NCBI RefSeq assembly: GCF_009914755.1 | Contig: NC_060940.1 | Source: the human T2T-CHM13v2.0 reference genome, Homo sapiens | DNA length: 64,000 nucleotides | Strand: one strand, 5' to 3' | In this document: positions 12,881-27,766 of the stretch, piece after piece | Layout: each line of letters opens with the position of its first letter | Numbering within the stretch: the stretch's first letter is position 1 | Program-made: the position numbers and the translations under genes | Notes under the pieces: generated by a model | What the model saw: the letters and a program-made list of their open reading frames with translations, nothing else | Told to the model about the DNA's origin: nothing | Databases searched by the model: none

Positions 12881-15800
12881 TTATTGCCACTCTGGGGGGA
12901 CCAGTTCTCTAGGCCTGGGGGCAGTAGTAAGGTCTCAGTAGGACCTTCTGGCTTCACTCTCCTGAGCAGATAAAATTTCCACTAGGGCTTTGGTTTGGGT
13001 ATTGCTGAAAGAGGAGTTGGGTGGGTAGGTGGGTGGGGGTAGATATATACAAAGGAGTGAATTATAACAAAGAGCCTTTTCTGCTTCAATTCTTGTGTAG
13101 AAAACATATGTTCAGTGATGCAGGCAGCAGTTGGGTTAAAGACACACTGTAGGGCCGCAGACAAAAGGCCTGTGCCCTTCCTGCATTCACAATGTTTCCA
13201 AACATATTCACTTGTCTCACTTGTTAGGGACTGAGCTGTCAGCTGGATCCTCTTGCAAGTGTGATTTCTTTTTCCCGTCCCCTTTCAAAGGCCATCCCTC
13301 CCTTCCCCTCTCCCCCAGTGTTTTACACTTCATATAATCCAGTGTGCCCGACAGACCACTTCAGCCTTTGTGCTGCTGATGTTTAGGGGAAGGAGAGAAT
13401 TGATCTGATGGAGATCTTGGGTAACTTTTCACTTGTCCAAGGATCGGAAAGTGCTAAGCCACTTTTAGGCCAAACATCATCAGTGGCTCAATTATTTCGT
13501 ACTTGGTATAGTTAGCCGTTCTTCACCTTCAATTAACAGTTAGGACAACGAACAGATTAGTGCAGTGGAATTCTTAGAAGTAGCGTCTGGGAATTAGGGG
13601 CATGTGTGTGTTGTGGTGGGGTTGGGAGAGTTCTTGCTTTTATTTATAAAGTTAATAGTTTTTGATAAAAAGATAAAGATAAGGCAAGGCACCGTGGAAG
13701 TATTTGGAGAGAAGTCAGCTGTCATTCTAGTATTAATTATGTGAAATGTACAGGTATGTCCATGTTTAATTCTAGATTCAGGTAGTATTGCTATGTGCCA
13801 TGGCTGCAGTTTGAGCATTTTCATTTTCTTTATTGAAGGTTTTGTGGCTCTGATGGTTTTATTTTCATCAGTGAGACTTTAAAAAGATATATTTATGTAT
13901 ATTACTTTTTGTGATATATATATATAGCATAACAGTATTAGGTATAATACTTTTATGTATAATCTACCAACACTACTATTGAGGTAACAGCGAGCTAGAG
14001 ATTTAAAGAATTAGCATGCTAAGTACTTCCATCACTGATTACTCTTGGGCATTTCACCCTCCCAAAATGGACAAGTGAAAATCTGCAAAATGGGAATTAC
14101 ATGATCATCATACTTTATAAAGCGTACCATAGTAAAATAAAAACAGTTTTATCGATGATGGTCAACAACAACAATTTTCTTGTCTTTGTAGAGATCTTGG
14201 ATTGTGTCTTCATTCCCATATCATTGAGTCAGTTTTAATGCTCTCATTTCCTTTTTTTCCCCAAGAGTCTTGCTCTTGCTTTGTGTTTCATGCTATTGTT
14301 TATTAGTTGGGTTGCTCATCCTGAAAAGCAGCAGCATATCCCAAGGAAGGAGAGGCAGTAGGCAGGCAGAGAATTTCCCATTGGCTTAAAGCTGTAAATG
14401 GGTTGTTAGCTCATTTTAGCAGTGGAGCAATTATAATCCTGCTAATGAATACGCAGGCAAGTGGAGTTTCCCATATATGGTGTCTTCTGGTGTGAGGATA
14501 ATTTCAACACCTAAAAATCCACAGACAAAAAAAAATGTCATATAAGTATTTTTTAACAGAAAATGCCAACAAAGTCATCCTCCCAATACGTGTCAGAACC
14601 GACAAAGGAAACTACTGATGGTGTTATAACTTTTAGTACTGTCATCTGAAAAATCCTTGAAAGGAAAACACTGTGGTAACGCATACATATTCCCCTCAGA
14701 CTGAAAGTAACAGCCTGCAAAGATCTTAGTAGTGGGTGAAGCTAATAGACTGCAAGTTGGGATGAATTGCACCTAAGGTGGCACCTTTCTCTTGTGCCTG
14801 GAGTGGAATGTCACCCAGAACCAACAGTAGAACAACTGGGAAATAAGTTGATATTCTTTCCGACATCGAATGGATTCATTTCACAGAGTTGGGGAGGAAG
14901 TGAGGGTAATAAGAGTGTGTTTCTGAGGCTCTTCCTTCCAGCAGATAGGTTTTGTTTTCTTGGTTGTAAAGGAGGCTAATGCTTCAGAAGCTAGAGTGAT
15001 TCCTGGACTCTCTTGGTAAGACTAATTATGCTGTTTCCTGCTCCCGTCTGTGAATCAGCTTTGTTACATAGAATGCACGTAATAGTGACGAAGAGTAGAC
15101 TCTACTGAAGCAAACCAATCTATTAGGCTGCTTGGAAAACAGAGGGAGAAAGAAGAACAATGATTTTGTAAACTCCATAAAGGCCAAAAAAAGGCTTTCA
15201 GTAAGTATGCAGAGACTAGAAATCAAATCCCATTTCCTATCATAAGAAGCCTGTTGTTTCAGCCGTAGTAGTTAATGTACTGTATGTGAAAGATTTAAGA
15301 CTGGTTGGAAAGCTCTGCTTCTGTTTTATTAGGCTGCTATTGAAAAGCCAACAGCATAACTTCGACTAGGTGCTTTGAGATTTCTTAATGGGCTGTCAGG
15401 GGCAAGACACCAGGGCTGTGCTATACTAGCTCTTTCCTGTACATTAAAACAACAGGGGCCAAACGATCACATACAGAAGTATGAATTACTTGATGCTTTC
15501 TCTGTTCCATATGGCCAGCCATGTCTTTGGCAATTAATCATGTACAAAATCAGTCGAGTGCTCTCTGAAGCATTGAAGTCAACATTTAGTTGTACCTGTG
15601 CCAGTAGGGGCAGTGGGGTTGCAGGCGTAAAATAGCAGGATGAGGGGCTGCTGGCGCCAAGGCCCAAGCAGCTGGCTTCTATAAACAACACTTTTTTTTC
15701 CTCTTTACCTTTCTCCCCCACTTTTTCTTTCTTTCTATTTTTTTTTTTCTTTCCTTGACAAGTACATGGGGCTGTTTTTCACCATCATCTGAAACACCAG

Positions 15801-16199
15801 CGTTGCCAACTGGAGCTCTGAGGTCTAGCTTTCGTACATTGCCCCAGCATCCGAGCTTAAACATGTGGGGCAGGCCATCTTTTCCCACAGCAGCCTGAAC
15901 ATTCCAGCGGTCGCCCACATGACTGTCCCCGAGAGTTTCTGCAGTGGCAGGCAGGCTGCTGTGGCTCCATGGCTTTTTGTCAAACAGAGGAGGCAGAGTG
16001 ATTTCTCTACTCGTAGAAGGAGAGAGATGGGAGATATGGTGTAAGTGCTTTGGGGAAAAAACAAAAATAAGTAGTCATTCATAGTCATGGCTGTGATATT
16101 TTAGGATTTTGGGTTTTGTAAATCAATATCCATATCTTTTCTTCTGTGATATTTCCCCCAAGACTTCATACACATAATGCTGCTGCCAATAGTCCTAAT

Positions 16200-16345
16200 A
16201 CCAATTTCTAACATTTATCAAGCATTTTGTGTATGCTGAGCACTGTGCTAAGCACTTTACATGGATTATTTCATTTACTCTTCACAAGAGCTTCACGAGT
16301 TCGGTGCTATTACTTATACCCCTTTATGGATGAGGAAACTGATCA
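16200..16345 (-). mobile_element. MIR
   Basis: cactgtgctaagcactttacatggattatttcattta...gatgaggaaactga. Confidence 0.75.
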
Positions 16346-18002
16346 AAGAAACATTTTCCCTGAATTCTTTCCTCATAGACATTCTTGATTACTCTCAGCT
16401 AGCCCCCTTAGCTCAATAGTACATGATGGAAAAACACTAAAATATGTCTTACTGGCACATTTTTGAGGAGTCATGTGGTGAACTCTGCGGAGATGTTCAG
16501 TCAAATAAAGTGGGTCTTTGAGATGAACTGAACCAAGTGTGTCTTTAAGGTGGGAATGAAAGCCTGCTTTGTTGGCAGCCTCTTGAAGACTTCTGCCTTT
16601 GTGCCTTCCTTTCAAGACGGTGGAGTTTATCTCCTGCTTTCCTGGGTGAGTAGACTATGAAGGGCGGGGGAGGGGAAGGAAGGATGAAGACAGCAGCCTT
16701 AAGTAGTCCAGTAGACGTGGCACCCAGTGGTGACTTGGTGTTATCTCTTAGCCGAGGTCATCCAGGATGCGTTTTCTCAAATTCAGGAAACAGGGGAAAG
16801 AAAGTTTTAACATTGTGTAAACATTGGCACCCCCAAAACCTCCTCCGGGAGATAAGGTAGGCAGAAGGGCTGGGAGGAATGTTTATTTGTTCTGCCACGC
16901 TGTGGATCCAAGCATGCTGGAAATCTTTGGTGGTGCCCAGTCCAGTTTAGAAAATGTGAAGGCATCACTCAGCATTGAGCCAAAGAGGCCTCACAAAAGA
17001 GCCATCTTAAACTGACAATCACTAAATGAAGGAAGACCTGAGATCGACCTTTCTTTGATGGGACTAAGGCTATCTCAGTGGGTTCTGTGCCTTTCTTCTT
17101 TTTTTTCTTTCTTTCTTTTTTTTGTAAAAAAAAAAAAAAAAGGAAGGAGAGAAAAAAAGTGTTCCTGGACTTTTGAAGAGGGGAGCCCTGGTTGGGGCTT
17201 TTGACAGCCTGTGGCAATGTTGATGTGAGGAAATAGCTTTCCCAGCTGATAACATCTTAAACCAAGTTTCTTCACAAGTTGAACCTTTAGCCCTCATTAT
17301 CAGTCAGAGCATATCTTTGTAATTTGTGTGTGCAGAGGGAAAATACAGCCCTAACATGAGACAGCTATGTATATAAAAAGTGTTGGGGGTGACATTTTTC
17401 CCGTAATGACAGTATTACTTCTGTGGTGGTAGTGAGGATGGGTAGATGGGGAGGTCAGAAAGGTACGCAGTTCTGGGATCCTGGTGTTTAAATGCCTTTT
17501 GAAATTGCAAGAACAGTAGTAGATTTTTTTTTTAATGAACTCTGAAGAGGGATTACCAGCCATATTTGTAGAATGCCATCCTGTTTCCATGCATTTCCTT
17601 AGACAACATTCTTTGATTTGTAAGACGGAGAGATTAAGTCTGAGTTTTGGGGTTACAGGCCTATCAGAAGCCGTTGCATCATATCAGAGAGGAACCAAAA
17701 GGATTAAAGACTTGTATAGAATTATTAGTAAAGAGTAAATGGTGTAAGTCTCCTTTTAAATTTCAGAGTGGTTCCTCTCTGAAAACCCTACATGCAACAA
17801 ATTCTGCTATGATACAGTGGAATTAGGACATACTGAAAGTTACTGACTGTAGCAATATGCCCCACAAGAATTAGGTGAATTGCTGAGTTTTAATTGAATC
17901 CGTTCAGAATTGGGAGACTTTTTCCAAGAAAGACAGGAAACTTAAGCATAAAATTCAAGGCTCCTTAGAGTTCTTGGCTTTTCTTTTCTAATTTGCATTC
18001 AG

Positions 18003-18023
18003 TCTCTCTCTCTCTCTCTCTCT
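18003..18023. repeat. (CT)n microsatellite
   Basis: Direct reading. Confidence 0.9.
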
Positions 18024-18454
18024 GGCTGTGGATTTTTTGCTTTGGTTTTATACATGAAGTTTTGAGCCAGGAGAAATGAAAGACTCTGGGAAATTCTTAG
18101 GGGTCCTTAATATGCTGTGTGTTGCCAGAATCCAAACTAGTTTTCTCTACTGAAATGGAGAAAGTGGGACTTCTTCCTCCTATACATAACCTCATATTAG
18201 GAGGGTATATTTTTAGGCACGTCCATCCAAATGAGTATTGTCCTTTTAAGTAGTCACCTACCAAGGGCATATACTCATTTTTCTTGATTCTGTTACTTAA
18301 AAATAGTTTTTCCGACCCCGTTCTTAGACTCATCTTCAGGAATAGTTTGAATCAAATCACAGATGGTTTCACATACTGTTTTTGACCTTGAATAGTGCTC
18401 TCTGGCCTGATCATTAGCTTCACTCCCCAGACATGTTTCAGCATGTCATTTGGC

Positions 18455-19810
18455 TTCATTTATTCCAAAGTATCCATCAGGAGTCCACTTCCGTGGCATG
18501 TTGCCATACTAGGCACCTTGGAGATTATTAAGAAATGGTCATGGACCCTTCTGGTCTAATGGAGCCCACACTCTGGAAGAGAAAAATTTAAATGAATATG
18601 TAAGTGCAATGGAGTACGACATGGTGGTGCATAAAGAGAATGATCAGCTCCATCTAATTTGGTGGAAGGATGTAGTTTGTGGAAGACTTCACAGAGGAGG
18701 TGTTTTTGAGATGTTTCTTGAAGAGTGAGTAGTTACTGGAAAGTTATATGGCAAAGGTACAAATCGAAGTATAGTATAGAATAGCCATGTGTTTTTAGGG
18801 AATTACAGTTTTATATGAAACAGAAGATGATAGAAGATAAAATATGAGAAGTAAGCAGGACCTGTATCAAAAGGGTTTTTTTTTCCCCCAGGCTAAGGAA
18901 TTTGGATTTAAAAAAAAAAATCCTTTTTTGTGTGTGTCCTCCAAATGCCAATAACCGAAGCATATATAAACAAAGGTGCTCTGGTTTAGGTGGGATTTTG
19001 AAGCCAAAGCTCCTTGTCTCCTTGGTGACCCTAAGAAACTTCGTGGAAGCACTGGGGCTTCATGACGAAAGCCTAAAAACCACTATTATAGGTGATGCTG
19101 AATTATTTAAGAGGAAGTAACATGTTTGGACATATACTTTTAAAAGATCACTCTTGAAGCAGGAAAATTAATGAAAGGGGTGAGATGGACACAGACAGAT
19201 CAGTTTGGAGGCCATTACATGGTCCAGAAGAGAGATGGGCCTGAACTAAGCCTATGGCAGTGGGGAAGGGGTAAGTTTCAGTCATATTGAAGAGAGAAGA
19301 ATCACAGGATTTTTTATGTTTAGGTATAGGCAGTGCAGGAAAGGAAAGGGAAGAAGATTAGGGTGATTCTTAGGGTTCTAGTTTGGGTTATTGCATTGAT
19401 AGTAGTGCAGTCACCACTCTAGGGAAATACGGTGGAAGGAGAGCAAAAATAGTTCAAATGTGGACAGGTGAAGGTCAAATCTTATGTTTGAGGCAGTATG
19501 TTTAAGGAAGATAGTCAGTTGTTGGCTGTATGGGACCAGAGCTTAGTGGAAAGGTCCGCTTGAAGGTAGAAGCGTAGAGATGTCCGCAGTCTACAGGGAA
19601 CCCTTAAAGCCATTGGAAGGGCAGATCACCCAGAGAGAGAGCAAATCGAAGAGATGAGAGGAGGATGAAAGGTATGACCTTGGGATAACAACAGTTCCTC
19701 ATCCTAGAATGAGGAAAGGCATACAGGAGACTGAGAAGGACCAGCTTAGTGTCGGGCACTGGCCCAGGAGAGAGAGGTGTCCACTAATGGAGAGAGATCA
19801 AGTGAAATCA
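18455..19810 (-). mobile_element. L2 fragments
   Basis: ggaagacttcacagaggagg, ttttaaaagatcactct, gagactgagaagga: antisense-L2 blocks. Confidence 0.7.
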
Positions 19811-20276
19811 GAACTTGTTCTAAAAATAAAACCCACCCTCAAAGGATAAAGAGATAAAGATTTTCCACCACTAGGGATATGCAAAAAGATACGCCTCTGG
19901 CTTCTGGTACTTAAAAATTTTATGGTTGTGATTGTTCAGTGGTTGCCTGATTTCCTTTAAAGTTTTTCCACTTAAAGTAATAGACATTTTCAGGAATCCC
20001 TTTGTTAAACTAGCATAACCTAGCACAAGGTAGATTGGCAGAGTTTAAGATGAAAGTAAACAATAATAATCATGATGGCATATGTACCAGGCAACTAATA
20101 CAAGAATTGTGGAGAGGTTCTGTTATTATCACCATTTGGAGTTATGGGAAAGACCCACAGCTAGGAGGTGACAGCGGGGATTTGAGCAGCCAGCACTCTA
20201 AAGAATATATTAATACTTAGTTCTTTCTGATCTGGCCTGCATTTCCATAGATTTCTATTGAAAAAAAGTACTAATA

Positions 20277-20348
20277 AAATGAAATTTAGCCACCAGGACA
20301 CGTTTCCTAATGAAATGAAATTTAGCCACCAGTGCACGTTTCCTAAAC
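20277..20348. repeat. 36-bp tandem duplication
   Basis: aaatgaaatttagccaccag(ga/tg)cacgtttcctaa occurs twice. Confidence 0.9.
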
Positions 20349-20809
20349 CTGTGGGGGTTTTCTCCTGTATTTTGGGAGGAGGGGAGGGAGAATGTGTTTT
20401 TGGTAATAGGAGACTGTTTAAAAATTGTTACTTGTTTGAAGACAGTTCTATGTTACTACTAATGGGAAAATGGTCTATAAACATTTCCTGGGGAAGTCAA
20501 CCCTTGAAAAGCCGACACTATTATAAGGAGTAAAAATATCACATTAATTGCCCTGTAAAAAGAATGCTCTTTTGACACTGAAATTTCCTTTTGTGCAATG
20601 ATTTCTTTTCACCCTAAATTTTAGAGTTTGAATGTTCAAAGTTCACCCTTCCTTTTCTAATATTAAAATAGTTTTTTGTAACAGAATTTGTTTTTGTCGT
20701 TAAGTTATATTTCTTTATATTTTTACTACTTATTTGCTAGATGTGTTTACTTGAAACTTGTTTTCTGCATTCTTTCTTGTTTTAAAAATGTGATGCAAAT
20801 GAAGTTTTT

Positions 20810-21720
<911 letters not shown>

Positions 21721-21759
21721 CAACTTTTAAAAACTTAAATGCTATTTTAGATGCTCTTG

Positions 21760-21960
21760 GGTTGGGGTTGGCAAATTGTGTTTCGCAGTGCCTTGGGGCT
21801 TTGAGAAGATGCCCCAAAACAAAGGGAGGACTTCTAGGTCCTCCATACCAGCTTCAAAGAGAACTGTTCCAGTTTTGTTTGTTGTATATATTGGGAGTTG
21901 CATGTAAGGATACATTTGGGGAGAAAAGAGTTTTATCTGCAAAGTGTTTAAAAACCATTG
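21760..21960 (+). mobile_element. MER103C-like hAT-Charlie relic
   Basis: gttgtatatattgggagttgcatgtaag...gtttaaaaaccattg resembles the MER103C end. Confidence 0.6.
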
Positions 21961-22276
21961 CAGTAGGGAAGTGCACCCACAATGTGAGATGTGGACCACA
22001 GGTGATACAGGGTGATGCTAGGTGGCACTTGGGGACTCTGCACATGAGGACCACACTGTGAGGCAGTGATTCTCTCTTCAGCTCCATCTGTTTATGTGAT
22101 TATGTCAAGGAAGTCTTCATTTAAATCTGCTGCATCGTTATTCTCCACCACTTGTTAATATCTTCCTTTACAAAGAGGGAGCATGCTTTAGTCTCAGAGC
22201 CCTCAGCAAGCAACAGTATCTCTCTAGAATGAAATAAATATATAGTTTTGTTTATATTTACTTTTATGATTATCTT

Positions 22277-22578
<302 letters not shown>

Positions 22579-23319
22579 AATTATCTTCTCATTTATAAGT
22601 ACCATTTTTCTTTTGAAGTGAACTTATAGTTTTAAAAAATGAGCCAATTATCATAGTATCATTTTTTCTTTTTTTACTTTTATCTAGAAATTACTACGAA
22701 AAATGAGTCAATTTAAAGAAAAATATTAAATACTGTATTACATAGTTCATATACAAATGTGGCAAGAATTATGAGGATGTGCTAGAATAACTGAAGTTTA
22801 GGAAACTCTTGAACTTCTAGAGGATCTGGTTATTTAAAGAAACCTTAGAGTGAATCCTTTTGTGAAGTGAAGAGCTCCTTGATAAAGCACATAACTATTT
22901 CTTAGTTTATCCATTTTATGAGTTTATAATTTATGTAATAGTTCTTAAAAGAAGATAGCCTTCATTGTTCTTTGTTTTTGTAATACTTATTTTTCAAGTC
23001 CCTTCTTTATTCACTGATTTGACAGATATTTTGTGGGCAATGGGGATACGGTGTTGAACTAAACAGGCGACATCCCCTTTCTTTGTGAAACTTTCTTTCT
23101 TACATCCCTCCCCTCTTAGAGGCTGTTCAGAGCCTATGGAAAACAAGGGCCCCTGGATAAAATGTAAATGATATGAAAGGCAAGGAAGAGGTAAATGACT
23201 TTAAAAAATAAACATTTTAATAGATTCACAGGGGGGAAAAATTTTGTTTTGATCATGTTAGCTAGCTAGATGTCTACTTTGTCTTTCATTTGATGCATTT
23301 TTGCATTTTGGTAAAATAA

Positions 23320-23663
<344 letters not shown>

Positions 23664-23796
23664 GATAAAGTACTTGACTTTTTGAGGTTCCTTTCAACTT
23701 TAAGAACATGAAGTAGGGTGTCACAGACAAGGAGTAGTACCGTTGTTAGAATACCCGCTAATGCTCAGACCTCTCTGAAATTAGACATCTTTTAGA

Positions 23797-23925
23797 TTAG
23801 AGATCACAAATTGGTAGCTGCCTAAGTTCTATTCAGCCCATTGGTGTTTCTCATTTGACCCACATGGTATTTTTTTAAAAAATTTTAATGAGTTTACAAG
23901 ATTTACAAAAATCAGTTTTTACATT

Positions 23926-23968
<43 letters not shown>

Positions 23969-24162
23969 TACCAGATTTCTTGTTTATTTTGAAAATTCAT
24001 GAATCTAGCATCAGTGAGCCAGCTTTTCTGAATGTCAGAGCTGGCTGGATCTGAATAGTGCGTGCCTTTTTTAGGCAGAACATGTGCTGTCTTTCAGTAA
24101 CCTCTGCTTAACTCATTCATGTTATGTGCCTGGCCCAGTGAGTATTTGAATTTGCAACCTGT
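23797..24162. mobile_element. MER102-like hAT relic containing (CA)n at ~23928-23970
   Basis: ccagatttcttg...agctggctggatctgaatagtg...tgcctggcc...gaatttgcaacc. Confidence 0.6.
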
Positions 24163-24399
24163 GGATCCTGGGTTTCATGCACTGGAATTACCTAGAGAAG
24201 CTGAACATTCCTCCTTGTGCTGGAGGGCTGAAAATGTTGTTGCCACAGAAGCTGCTTGAGTGTCCAACTGGGCATATCTTCCAGCACAGTAGATGGAATA
24301 CTGGGATAGGAGGCAGAATCAGGGTCCTTTTCCTGGCTAGTGTCAGGTGGATTATCCAGGCTTCTTCACAATGGAGGTACTATTTTCTGACTTACCTGT

Positions 24400-25135
24400 T
24401 TGTATCAGTTAACATTTTTGATAGCAACAGAAACAGATTCTGATGTGGTTTTTTTTTTTTTTTGAGATGGAACCTCACTCTGTTGCCCAGGCTAGAGTAC
24501 AGTGGTGTGATCTCAGCTCATGCAAACTCCATCTCCCAGATTTCAAGCAATTCTCCTGCCTCAGCCTCCTGAGTAGCTGTTATTATATGTGCACGCCACC
24601 ACGCCTGGCAAATTTTTGTATTTTTAGTAGAGATGGGGTTTTGCCATGTTAGGGAGGCTGATTTCGAACTCCTGACCTCAAGCAATCTGCCTGCCTCAGC
24701 CTCCCAAAATGCTGGGATTACAGGCATGAACCACTGCACTCAGCCCTGGTGAATTTAAACAAAATGGGACTTTATTGAAAGGATATTGGGTGACTGACAC
24801 TATCAAAGGAAAAGCGAATGATCTGGCCTCGGAAAGTTCTGGAAACTAGAGATACTCTGAGGACCATGGGTGGAAGGAATTAAGGGAATTGATAAATTGC
24901 CTCAGCATTTTCCCCCGTTTCTTTATCATTCCTCTCAAGAGTCTGAAATCCTGGAAAAGAATCAATTTGGTCTGGCCCACATCCTTCATAGGGGAAGATA
25001 GGACACCTTGGTTGACAGTCCCTCTAAGACTTTATACCATGAAAGAAAAGACTTTGTAAGAAGAGATTTAGGTGATGTTGCCAGACAAAGGGGATGAGGT
25101 ATGGATTTAAGCAATAGAAACAACAAATGTTCACT
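24400..25135. mobile_element. MLT1-type MaLR LTR relic split by an Alu
   Basis: tgtatcagtt...gcaacagaaacagattctg / aatttaaacaaaatgggactttattgaaaggatattggg. Confidence 0.55.
24449..24746 (-). mobile_element. Alu (S/J)
   Basis: Antisense Alu dimer. Confidence 0.93.
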
Positions 25136-26040
25136 ACTCCTCTTCTCAAGGTTGTCATGAAGATATTAAATATGCGCTGTCAAATGCTATCAAAGAGTAA
25201 GGGAGTAGTGTTTCAAGTTACAGGAGAACCAGGTTATGGGTATGCTCTTTAAGTAAACAAATATATTGGCGTCTGTTAGATAAGGAATATATTGAATGAC
25301 TTAGAACACAGACAATTTCATTGAAATTGTAGTGGCAATTTCATTCCTTTTAGCAATTGCTTTGGTTATAAAATCTCCAAAGAAGCCACACTAACTTTAA
25401 ATTATAAAACAACATCTATAAAAATCTAAAGATGTTCTTTGAGATACTCATTCAAAGAAATGGTCTTTCTGATTTTTGTGTTCCCATTTTTTTCTTTGCA
25501 AGATCTTGATTTGCAACAGGCAAGGAAAATGAGTGAATCTTCCCCCTTCTTCCCCCACAAAACATTGCTGGCATGGGTAGAAATTTAAAGTAATGATTCA
25601 AATAAGAGAGGCAGAGAAAGCCTCAGCTGGGTGGCAGGAAACAAGAGAGTGAAAGTCAGAGGCTGCTCTTTTTTAAAAAGGCAAAACAAACAACTCACAG
25701 TGAAGTGTACGTGAAAATCATTTCTAATAATAGCTCATGGTAGGCAATTCCCAGGAAAAAAAAAATCGTTGGTGTGCTGAGAAAATTAGAGTAAGAATGC
25801 GCAGTATCTTGATGTGTTACTTAAGGCAATGGAGCTTTAGAGTTTACCTTATGTGCCATGTACATTGATTAAATACAAAATATATGCCGGCCATTTTTGG
25901 CCATCATTTACTGCATTGATTTGTTAGCAGGGGAACTGTAATAAAAAAGCCATTGATTTACTGTCCTTATTTGCTTATGGGCTTTTTTTTATTATTAATT
26001 TTTCACTTTTTCTTTCTCTGTTTTGGATCATTTCTTGTAG

Positions 26041-26178
<138 letters not shown>

Positions 26179-26570
26179 TGAAATGGGATTTGTTGTTCTT
26201 GACAAACAAGAACTATATTTGGCCAAGCCCTTCCTTATGGCTGGCCTCATCCCTTTCCTTTGAGGGCCCATGAAAAATAAGCACGTTTAAGATGCTTTCA
26301 GCTAAAGTTAGCTTTCCTGCCCACGGCACCTACATTAATTGTAATGATCCATTGACGTCATCAGTATATTTACACAATTTGTTCCCAAATATAACATTTA
26401 GCATAAGTGTTTGCATTTTGAGCATAATGTAATATAAGTACCTGATGCTGAAGAACCCTTTTTAATCAACAGTGTAAAAGACTAGCATTGCTATTTCATT
26501 AGAGCAGATGTCTGAGAAATCCATATAGTGCTCCTATATCACTCTATGCAGGGCAGATTACTTGAAAGTA

Positions 26571-26916
26571 TAGTCATGCATCCCTTAATGATGGGGATAG
26601 GTTCTGAGAAATGTGTTCTTAGGTGATTTTGCCATTGTGTGAACCCCGCAAACCTTGATGACATAGCCTACTATACACCTAGGCTATATGGTGTCGTCTG
26701 TTGCTCGGGGGCTGCAAACCTGTACAGCATGTTGCTGTACTGAATATTATAGGCAGTTGTAACACAACAATAAGTATTAGTGTATCTAAGCATAGCTAAG
26801 TATAGAAAAGGTACTATAAAAATATGGTGTTATAATCTTATGGGACGGGACCACTGACATATATAAGGTTCGCCGTTGACCAAAACCTCAAAATGTTGTT
26901 ACGTGGCGATGACTGT
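26571..26916 (-). mobile_element. Tigger3a-like TcMar MITE, second copy
   Basis: TIRs tagtcat...atgactg flanked by TA; homologous to 10222-10570 in the same orientation. Confidence 0.85.
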
Positions 26917-27611
26917 AGCCTATTTATCAACCCGATTTTTAGGGTTGACCAACTAGGAATGACTCTTGTTTCAACCTGGTCTCTTTCCATAGAGTTGCCT
27001 GTGCTTAGAAACGGTGTTACTGGTGAAAACTTTCTTTAAATCATCAGTTTTTACAGAACTGATGCTTGCATAGTAAATATCATGTGGTCCTATTCTGTTT
27101 TGAAAAACAGTTGATATGTGGGAGGCTAGAACTAGTTCTCGCAAATGTTAGGATTATCTTTTAGATCTGTAGTTTGTAAAAATTATTGAATTGTCATCCG
27201 TCTCTAAGCCAGAGGGAGAGGAATCAGGAAGCGTATGGCATATTTTGTCTCAGAGTCTTATTTGGTGCTTAAAAATTCTATGTGCCTGGAAGTCAAGAAC
27301 ATTTATTGATAGACATAATATTCTCCAAATGACTTCATGCAACAGAATTTATAATAATTGATAGCTTTACTAGTAATAATTATCATAAAAATAAGTTTGT
27401 CTGAACAAGGCTGAAGATGAGCATTTTCCAAGAAAGGAGACAGTATGAGTATTTATTCTCATTGGATATCAGAAAGCTGCTTTTTCAAATATGTATTATC
27501 TTTAAATTCAGACTTGTATTTAAACAGTAATTTAAAAATTCCCAATGATATTCACCCTCCCCTTCCCCCATCTTTTTGGTGGTGTGGTCGGAGTAAATGG
27601 CAGACAGTTTC

Positions 27612-27766
27612 TTTTTTTTCTTTTTAGAAAAAAATGTTTATAAAAATAGACACAGGATCTTGTCATGTTGCCCAGGCTGGTCTTAAACTCCTTGCCTCAA
27701 GCGATCCTCTTGCCTTGACCTCCCAAAGTGCTGAGATTACAGGCGCGAGCCACCATGCCTGCCCAG
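27612..27766 (-). mobile_element. Alu monomer (FLAM-like) with TSD
   Basis: Single left monomer; TSD tggcagacagtttc (27598-27611) / tggcagacggtttc (27767-27780). Confidence 0.88.

Noticed and set aside
13018-13040. G-quadruplex-capable G-runs (also ~52790-52805)
   Set aside because: Common motif with no supporting context.
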